Shown piece after piece: positions 51,869 through 64,000 of a stretch of DNA of 64,000 bases (its first letter is position 1; every line of letters starts with the position of its first letter). A program made the position numbers and the translations under genes. The stretch lies in assembly GCA_964016885.1 (NCBI GenBank), contig OZ024741.1, positions 259,780,001-259,844,000 of the forward strand. Reading direction: 5' to 3'. The notes beneath the pieces were generated by a model. That model was not told the origin of the DNA, searched no databases, and was given only the letters and a program-made list of their open reading frames with translations. The stretch comes from Eledone cirrhosa. Its lineage: Eukaryota.

Positions 51869-54800
51869 TAAGTCGAAACACTCATAAGCCGAAACACTCG
51901 TAAGTCGGAACACTCGTAAATCAGAACACCCGCAAGTCAGAACACTCGTAAATCAGAACACTCTTAAGTCGAAACTTACGTACGCCGAAACAATCGTAAG
52001 TCGAAACACTCGTAAGTCGAAACATCCTTAAGTCGAAACACTCGTACACCGAAACACTCGTAAGTATAAACATTAGTAAGTCGAAACACTCGTATGTCGA
52101 AACACTCGTAAACCGAAACACTCGTAAGTCGGAACACTCGTAAGTCAGAACACTCGTAAGTCAGAACACTCGTAAGTCGAAACACTCATAAGTCGAAACA
52201 CCCGTAAGTCGAAACACTCGTAAGTCGAAACACCCATAAGCCGAAACACTCGTAAGCCAAAACATTCGTAAGTCGAAACACTCGTAAACCGAAACACTCG
52301 TAAGCCAAAACATTCGTATGTCGAAACACTCGTAAGTCGAAACACCCATAGCCGAAACACTTGTAAGTCTGAACACACGTAAGTCAGAACACCCGTAAGT
52401 CAGAACACTCGTAAGTCAGAACACTCGTAAGTCAGAACACTCGTAAGTCAGAACACTCGTAAGTCAGAGCACTCGTATCGAAACACTCGTATGTCAAAAC
52501 ACCCGTAAGTCAAAACACTCGTAAGTCGAAACACTCGTAAGCCGAAACACCGTAAGCCAAAACACTCGTAAGTCGAAACACCCCTAAGTCGGAACACTCG
52601 TAAGTCGAAACACTCGTAAGTCGAAACACTCGTAAGCCGAAACACTCGTAAGCCGAAACACTCGTAAGTCGGAACACTCGTAAGTCGGAACACTCGTAAG
52701 TCAGAACACTCGTAAGTCAGAACACTCGTAAGTCAGAACACTCGTAAGTCAGAACACTCGTAAGTCGAAACACTCGTATCGAAACACTCGTATGTCAAAA
52801 CACCCGTAAGTCAAAACACTCGTAAGTCGAAACACTCGTAAGTCGAAACATTCGTAAGTCGAAACATCCGTAAATCAGAACACTCTTAAGTCGAAACACT
52901 CGTAAGTCGAAACACTCGTAAGCCGAAACACTCGTAAGTCGAAGTACTCGTATCGAAACACTCGTAAGTCGAAACACCCTTAAGTCAAAACACTCGTAAG
53001 CCAAAACACTCGTAAGTCGAAACACTCGTAAGTCGGAACACTCGTAAGTCAGAACACTCGTAAATCAGAACACTCGTAAGTGGAAACACGCGTAAGTCGA
53101 AACACTCATAAGTCGAAACACTCGTAAGCCGAAACACTCGTAAGCCGAAACACTCGTAAGTCGAAACACTCGTAAGTCGGAACACTCGTAAGTCAGAACA
53201 CTCATAAGTCAGAACACTCGTAAGTCAGAACACTCGTAAGTCGAAACACTCGTAAGCCGAAACACCGTAAGTCGAAACACCCGTATGTCGAAACACTCGT
53301 AAGCCGAAACACTCTTAAGTCGAAACACTCATAAGCCGAAACACTCGTAAGTCGGAACACTCGTAAATCAGAACACCCGCAAGTCAGAACACTCGTAAAT
53401 CAGAACACTCTTAAGTCGAAACTTACGTACGCCGAAACAATCGTAAGTCGAAACACTCGTAAGTCGAAACATCCTTAAGTCGAAACACTCGTACACCGAA
53501 ACACTCGTAAGTATAAACATTAGTAAGTCAAAACACTCGTATGTCGAAACACTCGTAAACCGAAACACTCGTAAGTCGGAACACTCGTAAGTCAGAACAC
53601 TCGTAAGTCAGAACACTCGTAAGTCGAAACACTCATAAGTCGAAACACCCGTAAGTCGAAACACTCGTAAGTCGAAACACCCATAAGCCGAAACACTCGT
53701 AAGCCAAAACATTCGTAAGTCGAAACACTCGTAAACCGAAACACTCGTAAGCCAAAACATTCGTATGTCGAAACACTCGTAAGTCGAAACACCCATAGCC
53801 GAAACACTTGTAAGTCTGAACACACGTAAGTCAGAACACCCGTAAGTCAGAACACTCGTAAGTCAGAACACTCGTAAGTCAGAACACTCGTAAGTCAGAA
53901 CACTCGTAAGTCAGAGCACTCGTATCGAAACACTCGTATGTCAAAACACCCGTAAGTCAAAACACTCGTAAGTCGAAACACTCGTAAGCCGAAACACCGT
54001 AAGCCAAAACACTCGTAAGTCGAAACACCCCTAAGTCGGAACACTCGTAAGTCGAAACACTCGTAAGTCGAAACACTCGTAAGCCGAAACACTCGTAAGC
54101 CGAAACACTCGTAAGTCGGAACACTCGTAAGTCGGAACACTCGTAAGTCAGAACACTCGTAAGTCAGAACACTCGTAAGTCAGAACACTCGTAAGTCAGA
54201 ACACTCGTAAGTCGAAACACTCGTATCGAAACACTCGTATGTCAAAACACCCGTAAGTCAAAACACTCGTAAGTCGAAACACTCGTAAGTCGAAACATTC
54301 GTAAGTCGAAACATCCGTAAATCAGAACACTCTTAAGTCGAAACACTCGTAAGTCGAAACACTCGTAAGCCGAAACACTCGTAAGTCGAAGTACTCGTAT
54401 CGAAACACTCGTAAGTCGAAACACCCTTAAGTCAAAACACTCGTAAGCCAAAACACTCGTAAGTCGAAACACTCGTAAGTCGGAACACTCGTAAGTCAGA
54501 ACACTCGTAAATCAGAACACTCGTAAGTGGAAACACGCGTAAGTCGAAACACTCATAAGTCGAAACACTCGTAAGTCGAAACACCCGTAAGTCGAAACAC
54601 CCGTAAGTCGAAACACTCGTATGTCGAATAACTCGTAAGCCGAAACACCGTAAGTCAAAACACTCGTAAGTCGAAACACTCGTAAGTCGAAACACCCATA
54701 AGCCGAAACACTCGTAAGCCAAAACATTCGTAAGTCGAAACACTCGTAAACCGAAACACTCGTAAGCCAAAACATTCGTAAGTCGAAACACTCGTAAGTC

Positions 54801-57800
54801 GAAACACCCATAGCCGAAACACTCGTAAGTCTGAACACACGTAAGTCAGAACAGCCGTAAGTCAGAACACTCGTAAGTCAGAACACTCGTAAGTCAGAAC
54901 ACTCGTAAGTCAGAGCACTCGTATCGAAACACTCGTATGTCAAAACACCCGTAAGTCAAAACACTCGTAAGTCGAAACACTCGTAAGTCGAAACACTCGT
55001 ATGTCGAAACATCCGTAAATCAGAACACTCGTAAGTCGAAACACTCGTAAGTCGAAACACTCGTAAGCCGAAACACTCGTAAGTCGAAGCACTCGTATCG
55101 AAACACTCGTAAGTCGAAACACCCTTAAGTCAAAACACTCGTAAGCCAAAACACTCGTAAGTCGAAACACTCGTAAGTCGGAACACTCGTAAGTCAGAAC
55201 ACTCGTAAGTCAGAACACTCGTAAGTGGAAACACGCGTAAGTCGAAAGACCCGTAAGTCAAAAATCTCGTAAGTCAAAACACTCGTAAGCCGAAACACTC
55301 GTAAGTCGAAACACTCGTAAGTCGAAACACCCGTAAGTCGGAACACTCGTAAGTCAGAATACTCGTAAGTCAAAACACTCGTAAACCGGAACACCCGTAA
55401 GGCAAAACATTCGCATGTCAAAACACTCGTAAGTCGAAACACTCGTAAGCCGAAACACTCGTAAGTCGAAACACTCATAAGTCGAAACACTCGTAAGTCG
55501 AAACACTCGTAAGTCAGTGCACCCGTAAGTCAGAACACTCGTAGTCAGAATACTCGTAAGTAGAAACACTCGTATGTCGAAACACCCGTAAGTCGAAACA
55601 CTCATAAGTCGAAACACTCGTAAGCCGAAACACCCGTAAGTCAAAACATTCGTAAGTCAAAACACTCGTAAGTCGAAACACCCGTAAGTCAAAACACTCG
55701 TATGTCGAAACACTCGTAAGCCGAAACAACGTAAGTAAAAACACTCGTAAGTCGAAACACCCATAAGTCGAAACACTCGTAAGCCGAAACACTCGTAAGT
55801 CGAAACACTCATAAGCCGAAACACTCGTAAGTCGGAACACTCGTAAATCAGAACACCCGCAAGTCAGAACACTCGTAAATCAGAACACTCTTAAGTCGAA
55901 ACTCACGTACGCTGAAACACTCGTAAGTCGAAACACTCGTAAGTCGAAACATCCTTAAGTCGAAACACTCGTACACCGAAACACTCGTAAGTATAAACAT
56001 TAGTAAGTCGAAACACTCGTAAGCCGAAACACTCGTAAGTCGAAACACCCGTAAATCGAAACACCCCTAAGTCAAAACACTCGTATGTCGAAACACTCGT
56101 AAACCGAAACACTCGTAAGTCGGAACACTCGTAAGTCAGAACACTCGTAAGTCAGAACACTCGTAAGTCGAAACACTCATAAGTCGAAACACTCGTAAGT
56201 CGAAACACCCGTAAGTCGAAACCCCCGTAAGTCGAAACACTCGTATGTCGAATAACTCGTAAGCTGAAACACCGTAAGTCAAAACACTCGTAAGTCAAAA
56301 CACTCGTAAGTCGAAACACCCATAAGCCGAAACACTCGTAAGCCAAAACATTCGTAAGTCGAAACACTCGTAAACCGAAACACTCGTAAGCCAAAACATT
56401 CGTAAGTCGAAACACTCGTAAGTCGAAACACCCATAGCCGAAACACTCGTAAGTCGGAACACACGTAAGTCAGAACACCCGTAAGTCAGAACACTCGTAA
56501 GTCAGAACACTCGTAAGTCAGAGCACTCGTATCGAAACACTCGTATGTCAAAACACCCGTAAGTCAAAACACTCGTAAGTCGAAACACTCGTAAGCCGAA
56601 ACACCGTAAGCCAAAACACTCGTAAGTCGAAACACCCGTAAGTCGGAACACTCGTAAGTCGAAACACACGTAAGTCGAAACACTCGTAAGCCGAAACACT
56701 CGTAAGCCGAAACACTCGTAAGTCGGAACACTCGTAAGTCGGAACACTCGTAAGTCAGAACACTCGTAAGTCAGAACACTCGTAAGTCAGAACACTCGTA
56801 AGTCAGAATACTCGTAAGTCGAAACACCCGTAAGTCGAAACACCCGTAAGTCGAAACACTCGTATGTCGAATAACTCGTAAGCCGAAACACCGTAAGTCA
56901 AAACACTCGTAAGTCGAAACACTCGTAAGTCGAAACACCCATAAGCCGAAACACTCGTAAGCCAAAACATTCGTAAGTCGAAACACTCGTAAACCGAAAC
57001 ACTCGTAAGCCAAAACATTCGTAAGTCGAAACACTCGTAAGTCGAAACACCCATAGCCGAAACACTTGTAAGTCTGAACACACGTAAGTCAGAACACCCG
57101 TAAGTCAGAACACTCGTAAGTCAGAACACTCGTAAGTCAGAACACTCGTAAGTCAGAGCACTCGTATCGAAACACTCGTATGTCAAAACACCCGTAAGTC
57201 AAAACACTCGTAAGTCGAAACACTCGTAAGCCGAAACACCGTAAGCCAAAACACTCGTAAGTCGAAACACCCGTAAGTCGGAACACTCGTAAGTCGAAAC
57301 ACTCGTAAGTCGAAACACTCGTAAGCCGAAACACTCGTAAGCCGAAACACTCGTAAGTCGGAACACTCGTAAGTCGGAACACTCGTAAGTCAGAACACTC
57401 GTAAGTCAGAACACTCGTAAGTCAGAACACTCGTAAGTCAGAACACTCGTAAGTCGAAACACTCGTATCGAAACACTCGTATGTCAAAACACCAGTAAGT
57501 CGAAACACTCGTATCGAAACACTCGTATGTCAAAACACCAGTAAGTCAAAACACTCGTAAGTCGAAACACTCGTAAGCCGAAACACCGTAAGTCGAAACA
57601 CCCGTATGTCGAAACACTCGTAAGCCGAAACACTCGTAAGTCGAAACACTCGTAGTCGAAACACTCGTAAGTCGAAACACCCGTAAGTCGAAACACTCGT
57701 AAGTCGAAACACTCGTAAGCCGAAACACTCGTAAGTCGAAACACTCATAAGCCGAAACACTCGTAAGTCGAAACACTCGTAAGTCAGAACACTCGTAGTC

Positions 57801-59210
57801 AGAACACTCGTAAGTCAAACCACTCGTAAGCCGAAACACTCGTAAGTCGAAACACTCGTAAGTCGAAAAACTCGTAAGCCGGAACACTCGTAAGTCAGAA
57901 CACTCGTAAGTCAGAACACTCGTAAGTCGAAACACTCGTAAGCCGAAACACCCGTAAGTCGAAACATTCGTAAGTCGAAACACCCGTAAGTCGAAACACT
58001 CGTAAGTCGAAACACTCGTAAGTCGAAACACCGTAAGTCAAAACACTCGTATGTCGAAACATCCGTAAATCAGAACACTCCTAAGTCAAAACACTCGTAA
58101 GTCGAAACACTCGTAAGTCAAAAATACTCGTAAGTCGAAACACCCTTAAGTAAAAACACTCGTAAGTCGAAACACTCGTAAGCCGAAACACCCGTCAGTT
58201 AAAACACCCGTAAGTCGAAACACTCGTAAGTCAAAACTCTCGTACGCCGAAACACTCGTAAGTAAAAACATTAGTAAGTCGAAACACTCGTAAGCCGAAA
58301 CACCCGTAAGTCGAAACACTCGTATGTCGAAACACTCGTAAGCCGAAACACCGTAAGTAAAAACACTCGTAAGTCTAAACACCCACAAGTCGAAACACTC
58401 GTAAGCCGAAACACTCGTAAGTCGAAACACTCATAAGCCGAAACACTCGTAAGTCGGAACACTCGTAAATCAGAACACCCGCAAGTCAGAACACTCGTAT
58501 CGAAACACTCGTATGTCAAAACACCCGTAAGTCAAAACACTCGTAAGTCGAAACACTCGTAAGCCGAAACACCGTAAGTAAAAAAACTCGTAAGTCGAAA
58601 TACTCGTAAGTCGAAACACTCGTAAGCCGAAACAATCGTAATTCAAAACACTCGTAAGTCGAAACACTCGTAAGCCGAAACAATCGTAAGTCGAAACACT
58701 CGTAAGCCGAAAATACTCGTAAGTCGGAACACCCGTAAGCCGAAACACTCGTATGTCGAAACACTCGTAAGCCGAAACAACATAAGTAAAAACACTCGTA
58801 AGTCGAAACACCCATAAGTCGAAACACTCGTAAGCCGAAACACTCGTAAGTCGAAACACTCATAAGCCGAAACACTCGTAAGTCGGAACACTCGTAAATC
58901 AGAACACCCGCAAGTCAGAACACTCGTAAATCAGAACACTCTTAAGTCGAAACTCACGTACGCCGAAACACTCGTAAGTCGAAACACTCGTAAGTCGAAA
59001 CATCCTTAAGTCGAAACACTCGTACACCGAAACACTCGTAAGTATAAACATTAGTAAGTCGAAACACTCGTATGTCGAAACACTCGTAAACCGAAACACT
59101 CGTAAGTCGGAACACTCGTAAGTCAGAACACTCGTAAGTCAGAACACTCGTAAGTCGAAACACTCATAAGTCGAAACACTCGTAAGTCGAAACACCCGTA
59201 AGTCGAAACA
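51869..59210. repeat. HOR-A copy 5, diverged (net 48 bp shorter, several SNPs)
   Basis: Same rare markers. Spacing 51921 to 58899 is 6978 versus 7026 in the other copies. It lacks the GGAACGCTC SNP and has a private GAAACACACG near 56665. Confidence 0.88.
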
Positions 59211-60165
59211 CCCGTAAGTCGAAACACTCGTATGTCGAATAACTCGTAAGCCGAAACACCGTAAGTCAAAACACTCGTAAGTCGAAACACTCGTAAGTCG
59301 AAACACTCGTAAGCCGAAACACTCGTAAGTCGAAACACTCGTAAGTCGAAACACCCGTAAGTCGAAACATCCGTAAGTCAAAACACTCGTATGTCGAAAC
59401 ACTCGTAAGCCGAAACACTCGTAAGTGGGAACACTCGCAAGTCAGAACACTCGTAAGTCAGAACACTCGTAAGTTGAAACACTGGTAAGTCGAAACACCC
59501 GTAAGTCGAAACGCCCGTAAGTCAAAACACTCGTATGTCGAAACAATCGCAAGCCGAAAAACCGTAAGTCAAAACACTCGTAAGTCGAAACACTCGTAAG
59601 TCGAAACACTCGTAAGCGGAAACACTCGTAAGCGAAAACATTCGTAAGTCGAAACACTCGTAACCCGAAACACTCGTAAGTCGAAACACTCGAAAGCCGA
59701 AACACTCGTAAGTCGAAACACTCATAAGCCGAAACACTCGTAAGTCGGAACACTCGTAAGTCAGAACACCCGTAAGTCAGAACACTCGTAGTCAGAACAC
59801 TCGTAAGTCGAAACACTCGTAAGCCGAAACAATCGTAAGTCGAAGCACTCGTAATCCGAAACACTCTTAAGTCGAAACACTCGTAAGTCGGAACACTCGC
59901 AAGTCAGAACACTCGTAAGTCAGAACACTCGTAAGTCGAAACACTCGTAAGCCGAAACACCCGTAAGTCAAAACATCCGTAAGTCAAAACATTCGTAAGT
60001 CGAAACACCCGTAGTCGAAACACTCGCAAGTCGAAACACTCGTAAGTCGAAACACGCGTAAGTCGAAACACATGTAAGTCAAAACACTCATAAGTCAAAA
60101 CACTCGTAAGCCGAAACACTCGTAAGTCGAAACACTCGTAAGTCGAAACGCTCGTAAAGCGAAAC

Positions 60166-60234
60166 GTATAAATAAAGATTAATGTAATGAATTTGAAAAG
60201 CATAGAGATTTGAAACCGCGTCTATTTGTTATTT
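60166..60234. repeat. 69-bp island, copy 13 (haplotype C)
   Basis: Copy 9 at +11416. Confidence 0.97.
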
Positions 60235-60916
60235 TCGTAAGTCGAAACACTCGTAAGCAGAAACACTCGTGAGCCGAAACACTCGTAAGTCGGAACACTC
60301 GTAAGTCAGAACACTCGTAAGTCAGAACACTCGTAAGTTAGAACACTCGTAAGTCAGAACACTCGTAAGTCAAAACACCCGTAAGTCAAAACACTCGTAA
60401 GTCGAAACACTCGTAAGCCGAAACACCGTAAGCCAAAACACTCGTAAGTCGAAACACCCGTAACTCGGAACACTCGTAAGTCGAAACACTCGTAAGTCGA
60501 AGCACTCGTAAGCAGAAACACTCGTAAGCCGAAACACTCGTAAGTCGGAACACTCGTAAGTCGGAACACTCGTAAGTCAGAACACTCGTAAGTCAGAACA
60601 CTCGTAAGTCAGAACACTCGTAAGTCGAAACACTCGTATCGAAACACTCGTATGTCAAAACACCCGTAAGTCAAAACACTCGTAAGTCGAAACACTCGTA
60701 AGCCGAAACATCCGTAAGTCAAAACATCCGTAAGTCAAAACATTCGTAAGTCGAAACACCCGTAGTCGAAACACTCGCAAGTCGAAACACTCGTAAGTCG
60801 AAACACGCGTAAGTCGAAACACATGTAAGTCAAAACACTCGTAAGTCAAAACACTCGTAAGCCGAAACACTCGTAAGTCGAAACACTCGTAAGTCGAAAC
60901 GCTCGTAAAGCGAAAC

Positions 60917-60985
60917 GTATAAATAAAGATTAATGTAATGAATTTGAAAAGCATAGAGATTTGAAACCGCGTCTATTTGTTATTT
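60917..60985. repeat. 69-bp island, copy 14 (haplotype C)
   Basis: Copy 10 at +11416. Confidence 0.97.
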
Positions 60986-61667
60986 TCGTAAGTCGAAACA
61001 CTCGTAAGCAGAAACACTCGTGAGCCGAAACACTCGTAAGTCGGAACACTCGTAAGTCAGAACACTCGTAAGTCAGAACACTCGTAAGTTAGAACACTCG
61101 TAAGTCAGAACACTCGTAAGTCAAAACACCCGTAAGTCAAAACACTCGTAAGTCGAAACACTCGTAAGCCGAAACACCGTAAGCCAAAACACTCGTAAGT
61201 CGAAACACCCGTAACTCGGAACACTCGTAAGTCGAAACACTCGTAAGTCGAAGCACTCGTAAGCAGAAACACTCGTAAGCCGAAACACTCGTAAGTCGGA
61301 ACACTCGTAAGTCGGAACACTCGTAAGTCAGAACACTCGTAAGTCAGAACACTCGTAAGTCAGAACACTCGTAAGTCGAAACACTCGTATCGAAACACTC
61401 GTATGTCAAAACACCCGTAAGTCAAAACACTCGTAAGTCGAAACACTCGTAAGCCGAAACATCCGTAAGTCAAAACATCCGTAAGTCAAAACATTCGTAA
61501 GTCGAAACACCCGTAGTCGAAACACTCGCAAGTCGAAACACTCGTAAGTCGAAACACGCGTAAGTCGAAACACATGTAAGTCAAAACACTCGTAAGTCAA
61601 AACACTCGTAAGCCGAAACACTCGTAAGTCGAAACACTCGTAAGTCGAAACACTCGTAAAGCGAAAC

Positions 61668-61736
61668 GTATAAATAAATATTAATGTAATGAATTTGAAA
61701 AGCATAGAGATTTGAAACCGCGTCTATTTGTTATTT
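61668..61736. repeat. 69-bp island, copy 15 (haplotype B)
   Basis: Copy 11 at +11416. Confidence 0.97.
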
Positions 61737-62783
61737 TCGTAAGTCGAAACACTCGTAAGCCGAAACACTCGTGAGCCGAAACACTCGTAAGTCGGAACAC
61801 TCGTAAGTCAGAACACTCGTAAGTCAGAACACTCGTAAGTTAGAACACTCGTAAGTCAGAACACTCGTAAGTCAGAACACTCGTAAGTCGAAACACTCGT
61901 ATCGAAACACTCGTATGTCAAAACACCCGTAAGTCAAAACACTCGTAAGTCGAAACACTCGTAAGTCGAAACACTCGTAAGCCGAAACACTCGTAAGCCG
62001 AAACACTCGTAAGTCGGAACACTCGTAAGTCGGAACACTCGTAAGTCAGAACACTCGTAAGTCAGAACACTCGTAAGTCAGAACACTCGTAAGTCAGAAC
62101 ACTCGTAAGTCGAAACACTCGTATCGAAACACTCGTATGTCAAAACACCCGTAAGTCAAAACACTCGTAAGTCGAAACACTCGTAAGTCGAAACACTCGT
62201 ATGTCGAAACATCCGTAAATCAGAACACTCGTAAGTCGAAACACTCGTAAGTCGAAACACTCGTAAGCCGAAACACTCGTAAGTCGAAGCACTCGTATCG
62301 AAACACTCGTAAGTCGAAACACCCTTAAGTCAAAACACTCGTAAGCCAAAACACTCGTAAGTCGAAACACTCGTAAGTCGGAACACTCGTAAGTCAGAAC
62401 ACTCGTAAGTCAGAACACTCGTAAGTCGAAACACTCGTAAGCCGAAACACTCGCAAGTCGAAGCACTCGTAATCCGAAACACTCTTAAGTCGAAACACTC
62501 GTAAGTCGGAACACTCGTAAGTCAGAACACTCGTAAGTCAGAACACTCGTAAGTCGAAACACTCGTAAGCCGAAACATCCGTAAGTCAAAACATCCGTAA
62601 GTCAAAACATTCGTAAGTCGAAACACCCGTAGTCGAAACACTCGCAAGTCGAAACACTCGTAAGTCGAAACACGCGTAAGTCGAAACACATGTAAGTCAA
62701 AACACTCGTAAGTCAAAACACTCGTAAGCCGAAACACTCGTAAGTCGAAACACTCGTAAGTCGAAACACTCGTAAAGCGAAAC

Positions 62784-62852
62784 GTATAAATAAATATTAA
62801 TGTAATGAATTTGAAAAGCATAGAGATTTGAAACCGCGTCTATTTGTTATTT
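62784..62852. repeat. 69-bp island, copy 16 (haplotype B)
   Basis: Copy 12 at +11416. Confidence 0.97.
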
Positions 62853-64000
62853 TCGTAAGTCGAAACACTCGTAAGCCGAAACACTCGTGAGCCGAAACAC
62901 TCGTAAGTCGGAACACTCGTAAGTCAGAACACTCGTAAGTCAGAACACTCGTAAGTTAGAACACTCGTAAGTCAGAACACTCGTAAGTCAGAACACTCGT
63001 AAGTCGAAACACTCGTATCGAAACACTCGTATGTCAAAACACCCGTAAGTCAAAACACTCGTAAGTCGAAACACTCGTAAGTCGAAACACTCGTAAGCCG
63101 AAACACTCGTAAGCCGAAACACTCGTAAGCCGAAACACTCGTAAGTCGGAACACTCGTAAGTCAGAACACTCATAAGTCAGAACACTCGTAAGTCAGAAC
63201 ACTCGTAAGTCGAAACACTCGTAAGCCGAAACACCGTAAGTCGAAACACCCGTATGTCGAAACACTCGTAAGCCGAAACACTCTTAAGTCGAAACACTCA
63301 TAAGCCGAAACACTCGTAAGTCGGAACACTCGTAAATCAGAACACCCGCAAGTCAGAACACTCGTAAATCAGAACACTCTTAAGTCGAAACTTACGTACG
63401 CCGAAACAATCGTAAGTCGAAACACTCGTAAGTCGAAACATCCTTAAGTCGAAACACTCGTACACCGAAACACTCGTAAGTATAAACATTAGTAAGTCGA
63501 AACACTCGTATGTCGAAACACTCGTAAACCGAAACACTCGTAAGTCGGAACACTCGTAAGTCAGAACACTCGTAAGTCAGAACACTCGTAAGTCGAAACA
63601 CTCATAAGTCGAAACACCCGTAAGTCGAAACACTCGTAAGTCGAAACACCCATAAGCCGAAACACTCGTAAGCCAAAACATTCGTAAGTCGAAACACTCG
63701 TAAACCGAAACACTCGTAAGCCAAAACATTCGTATGTCGAAACACTCGTAAGTCGAAACACCCATAGCCGAAACACTTGTAAGTCTGAACACACGTAAGT
63801 CAGAACACCCGTAAGTCAGAACACTCGTAAGTCAGAACACTCGTAAGTCAGAACACTCGTAAGTCAGAACACTCGTAAGTCAGAGCACTCGTATCGAAAC
63901 ACTCGTATGTCAAAACACCCGTAAGTCAAAACACTCGTAAGTCGAAACACTCGTAAGCCGAAACACCGTAAGCCAAAACACTCGTAAGTCGAAACACCCC

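Larger units (their letters stand above)
1..64000. repeat. Tandem satellite array, 16-bp monomer CACTCGTAAGTCGAAA, head-to-tail, one orientation, extends past both window ends
   Basis: The monomer recurs continuously on every line. Common variants are GTCAGAA, GTCGGAA, GTCAAAA, GCCGAAA, CACCCGT, CTCATAA and CGTATGT. Length variants are 14 bp (CACTCGTATCGAAA), 15 bp (CACCGTAAG, CTCGTAGTC, CCCATAGCC) and 17 bp (GAAAATACTC). No reverse-complement monomers were seen. Confidence 0.99.
47870..64000. repeat. 11,416-bp period: ~47870-52584 repeated at ~59286-64000 (second copy runs off the window)
   Basis: ORF pairs 48026/59442, 49990/61406, 51106/62522 and 51921/63337. Shared private SNPs GTGGGAACAC, ACACTGGTAAG and GTAACTCGG. 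Confidence 0.92.

Noticed and set aside
1385-62852. CRISPR array (island contains ATTTGAAAC, reminiscent of CRISPR repeat ends; regular short repeats)
   Set aside because: There are no unique spacers, the monomers abut directly, the islands are separated by 0.7-24 kb of satellite, and there are no cas genes or leader.
27-63794. Hundreds of minus-strand ORFs (MFRLTSVSTYECFDLRVF...)
   Set aside because: They overlap in all three frames with the same peptide, mostly begin at GTG/TTG inside monomers, and have a DNA period (16) that is not a multiple of 3. They are a satellite translation artefact.
1-64000. Telomeric repeat array
   Set aside because: No G-run-rich strand, and the variants are inherited in multi-kb HORs, which fits recombinational amplification rather than telomerase templating. 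A subtelomeric location cannot be excluded.
1-64000. Plasmid iterons, phage or bacterial regulatory repeats, or synthetic/sequencing artefact
   Set aside because: There are no genes in 64 kb, and the heritable, hierarchically shared variants indicate a naturally evolved satellite. Only the exact copy number of near-identical HORs is open to assembly doubt.
1-64000. tRNA, rRNA or structured ncRNA genes
   Set aside because: No cloverleaf, rRNA-like or long inverted-repeat sequence. Only 4-6 bp palindromes are present (TCGA, CGTACG, ACGCGT, CTTAAG).

Overview
The whole 64 kb is one uninterrupted, single-orientation tandem satellite array of a 16-bp monomer (consensus + strand CACTCGTAAGTCGAAA, about 44% GC, two CpG and one TCGA per monomer, roughly 4,000 copies). 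No conventional gene, RNA gene, transposon or CRISPR array is supported. The ORF track is almost entirely an artefact: the minus-strand consensus has no stop in any frame, so it reads as a periodic peptide (ECFDLRVFRLTSVSTY). Variant monomers form nested higher-order repeats, with periods of 145, 285, 400, 751, 1447, about 2000-2170, 7426 (three near-identical tandem copies), about 13,900 and 11,416 bp. The only non-satellite DNA is a 69-bp AT-rich island present in 16 copies and 4 haplotypes. It supplies a minus-strand ATG and a 13-codon hydrophobic leader (MLFKFITLIFIYT) that runs into the satellite frame, and all four variable sites in that leader are synonymous third positions. The architecture resembles eukaryotic heterochromatic or centromeric satellite, but the organism and function cannot be determined from sequence alone.
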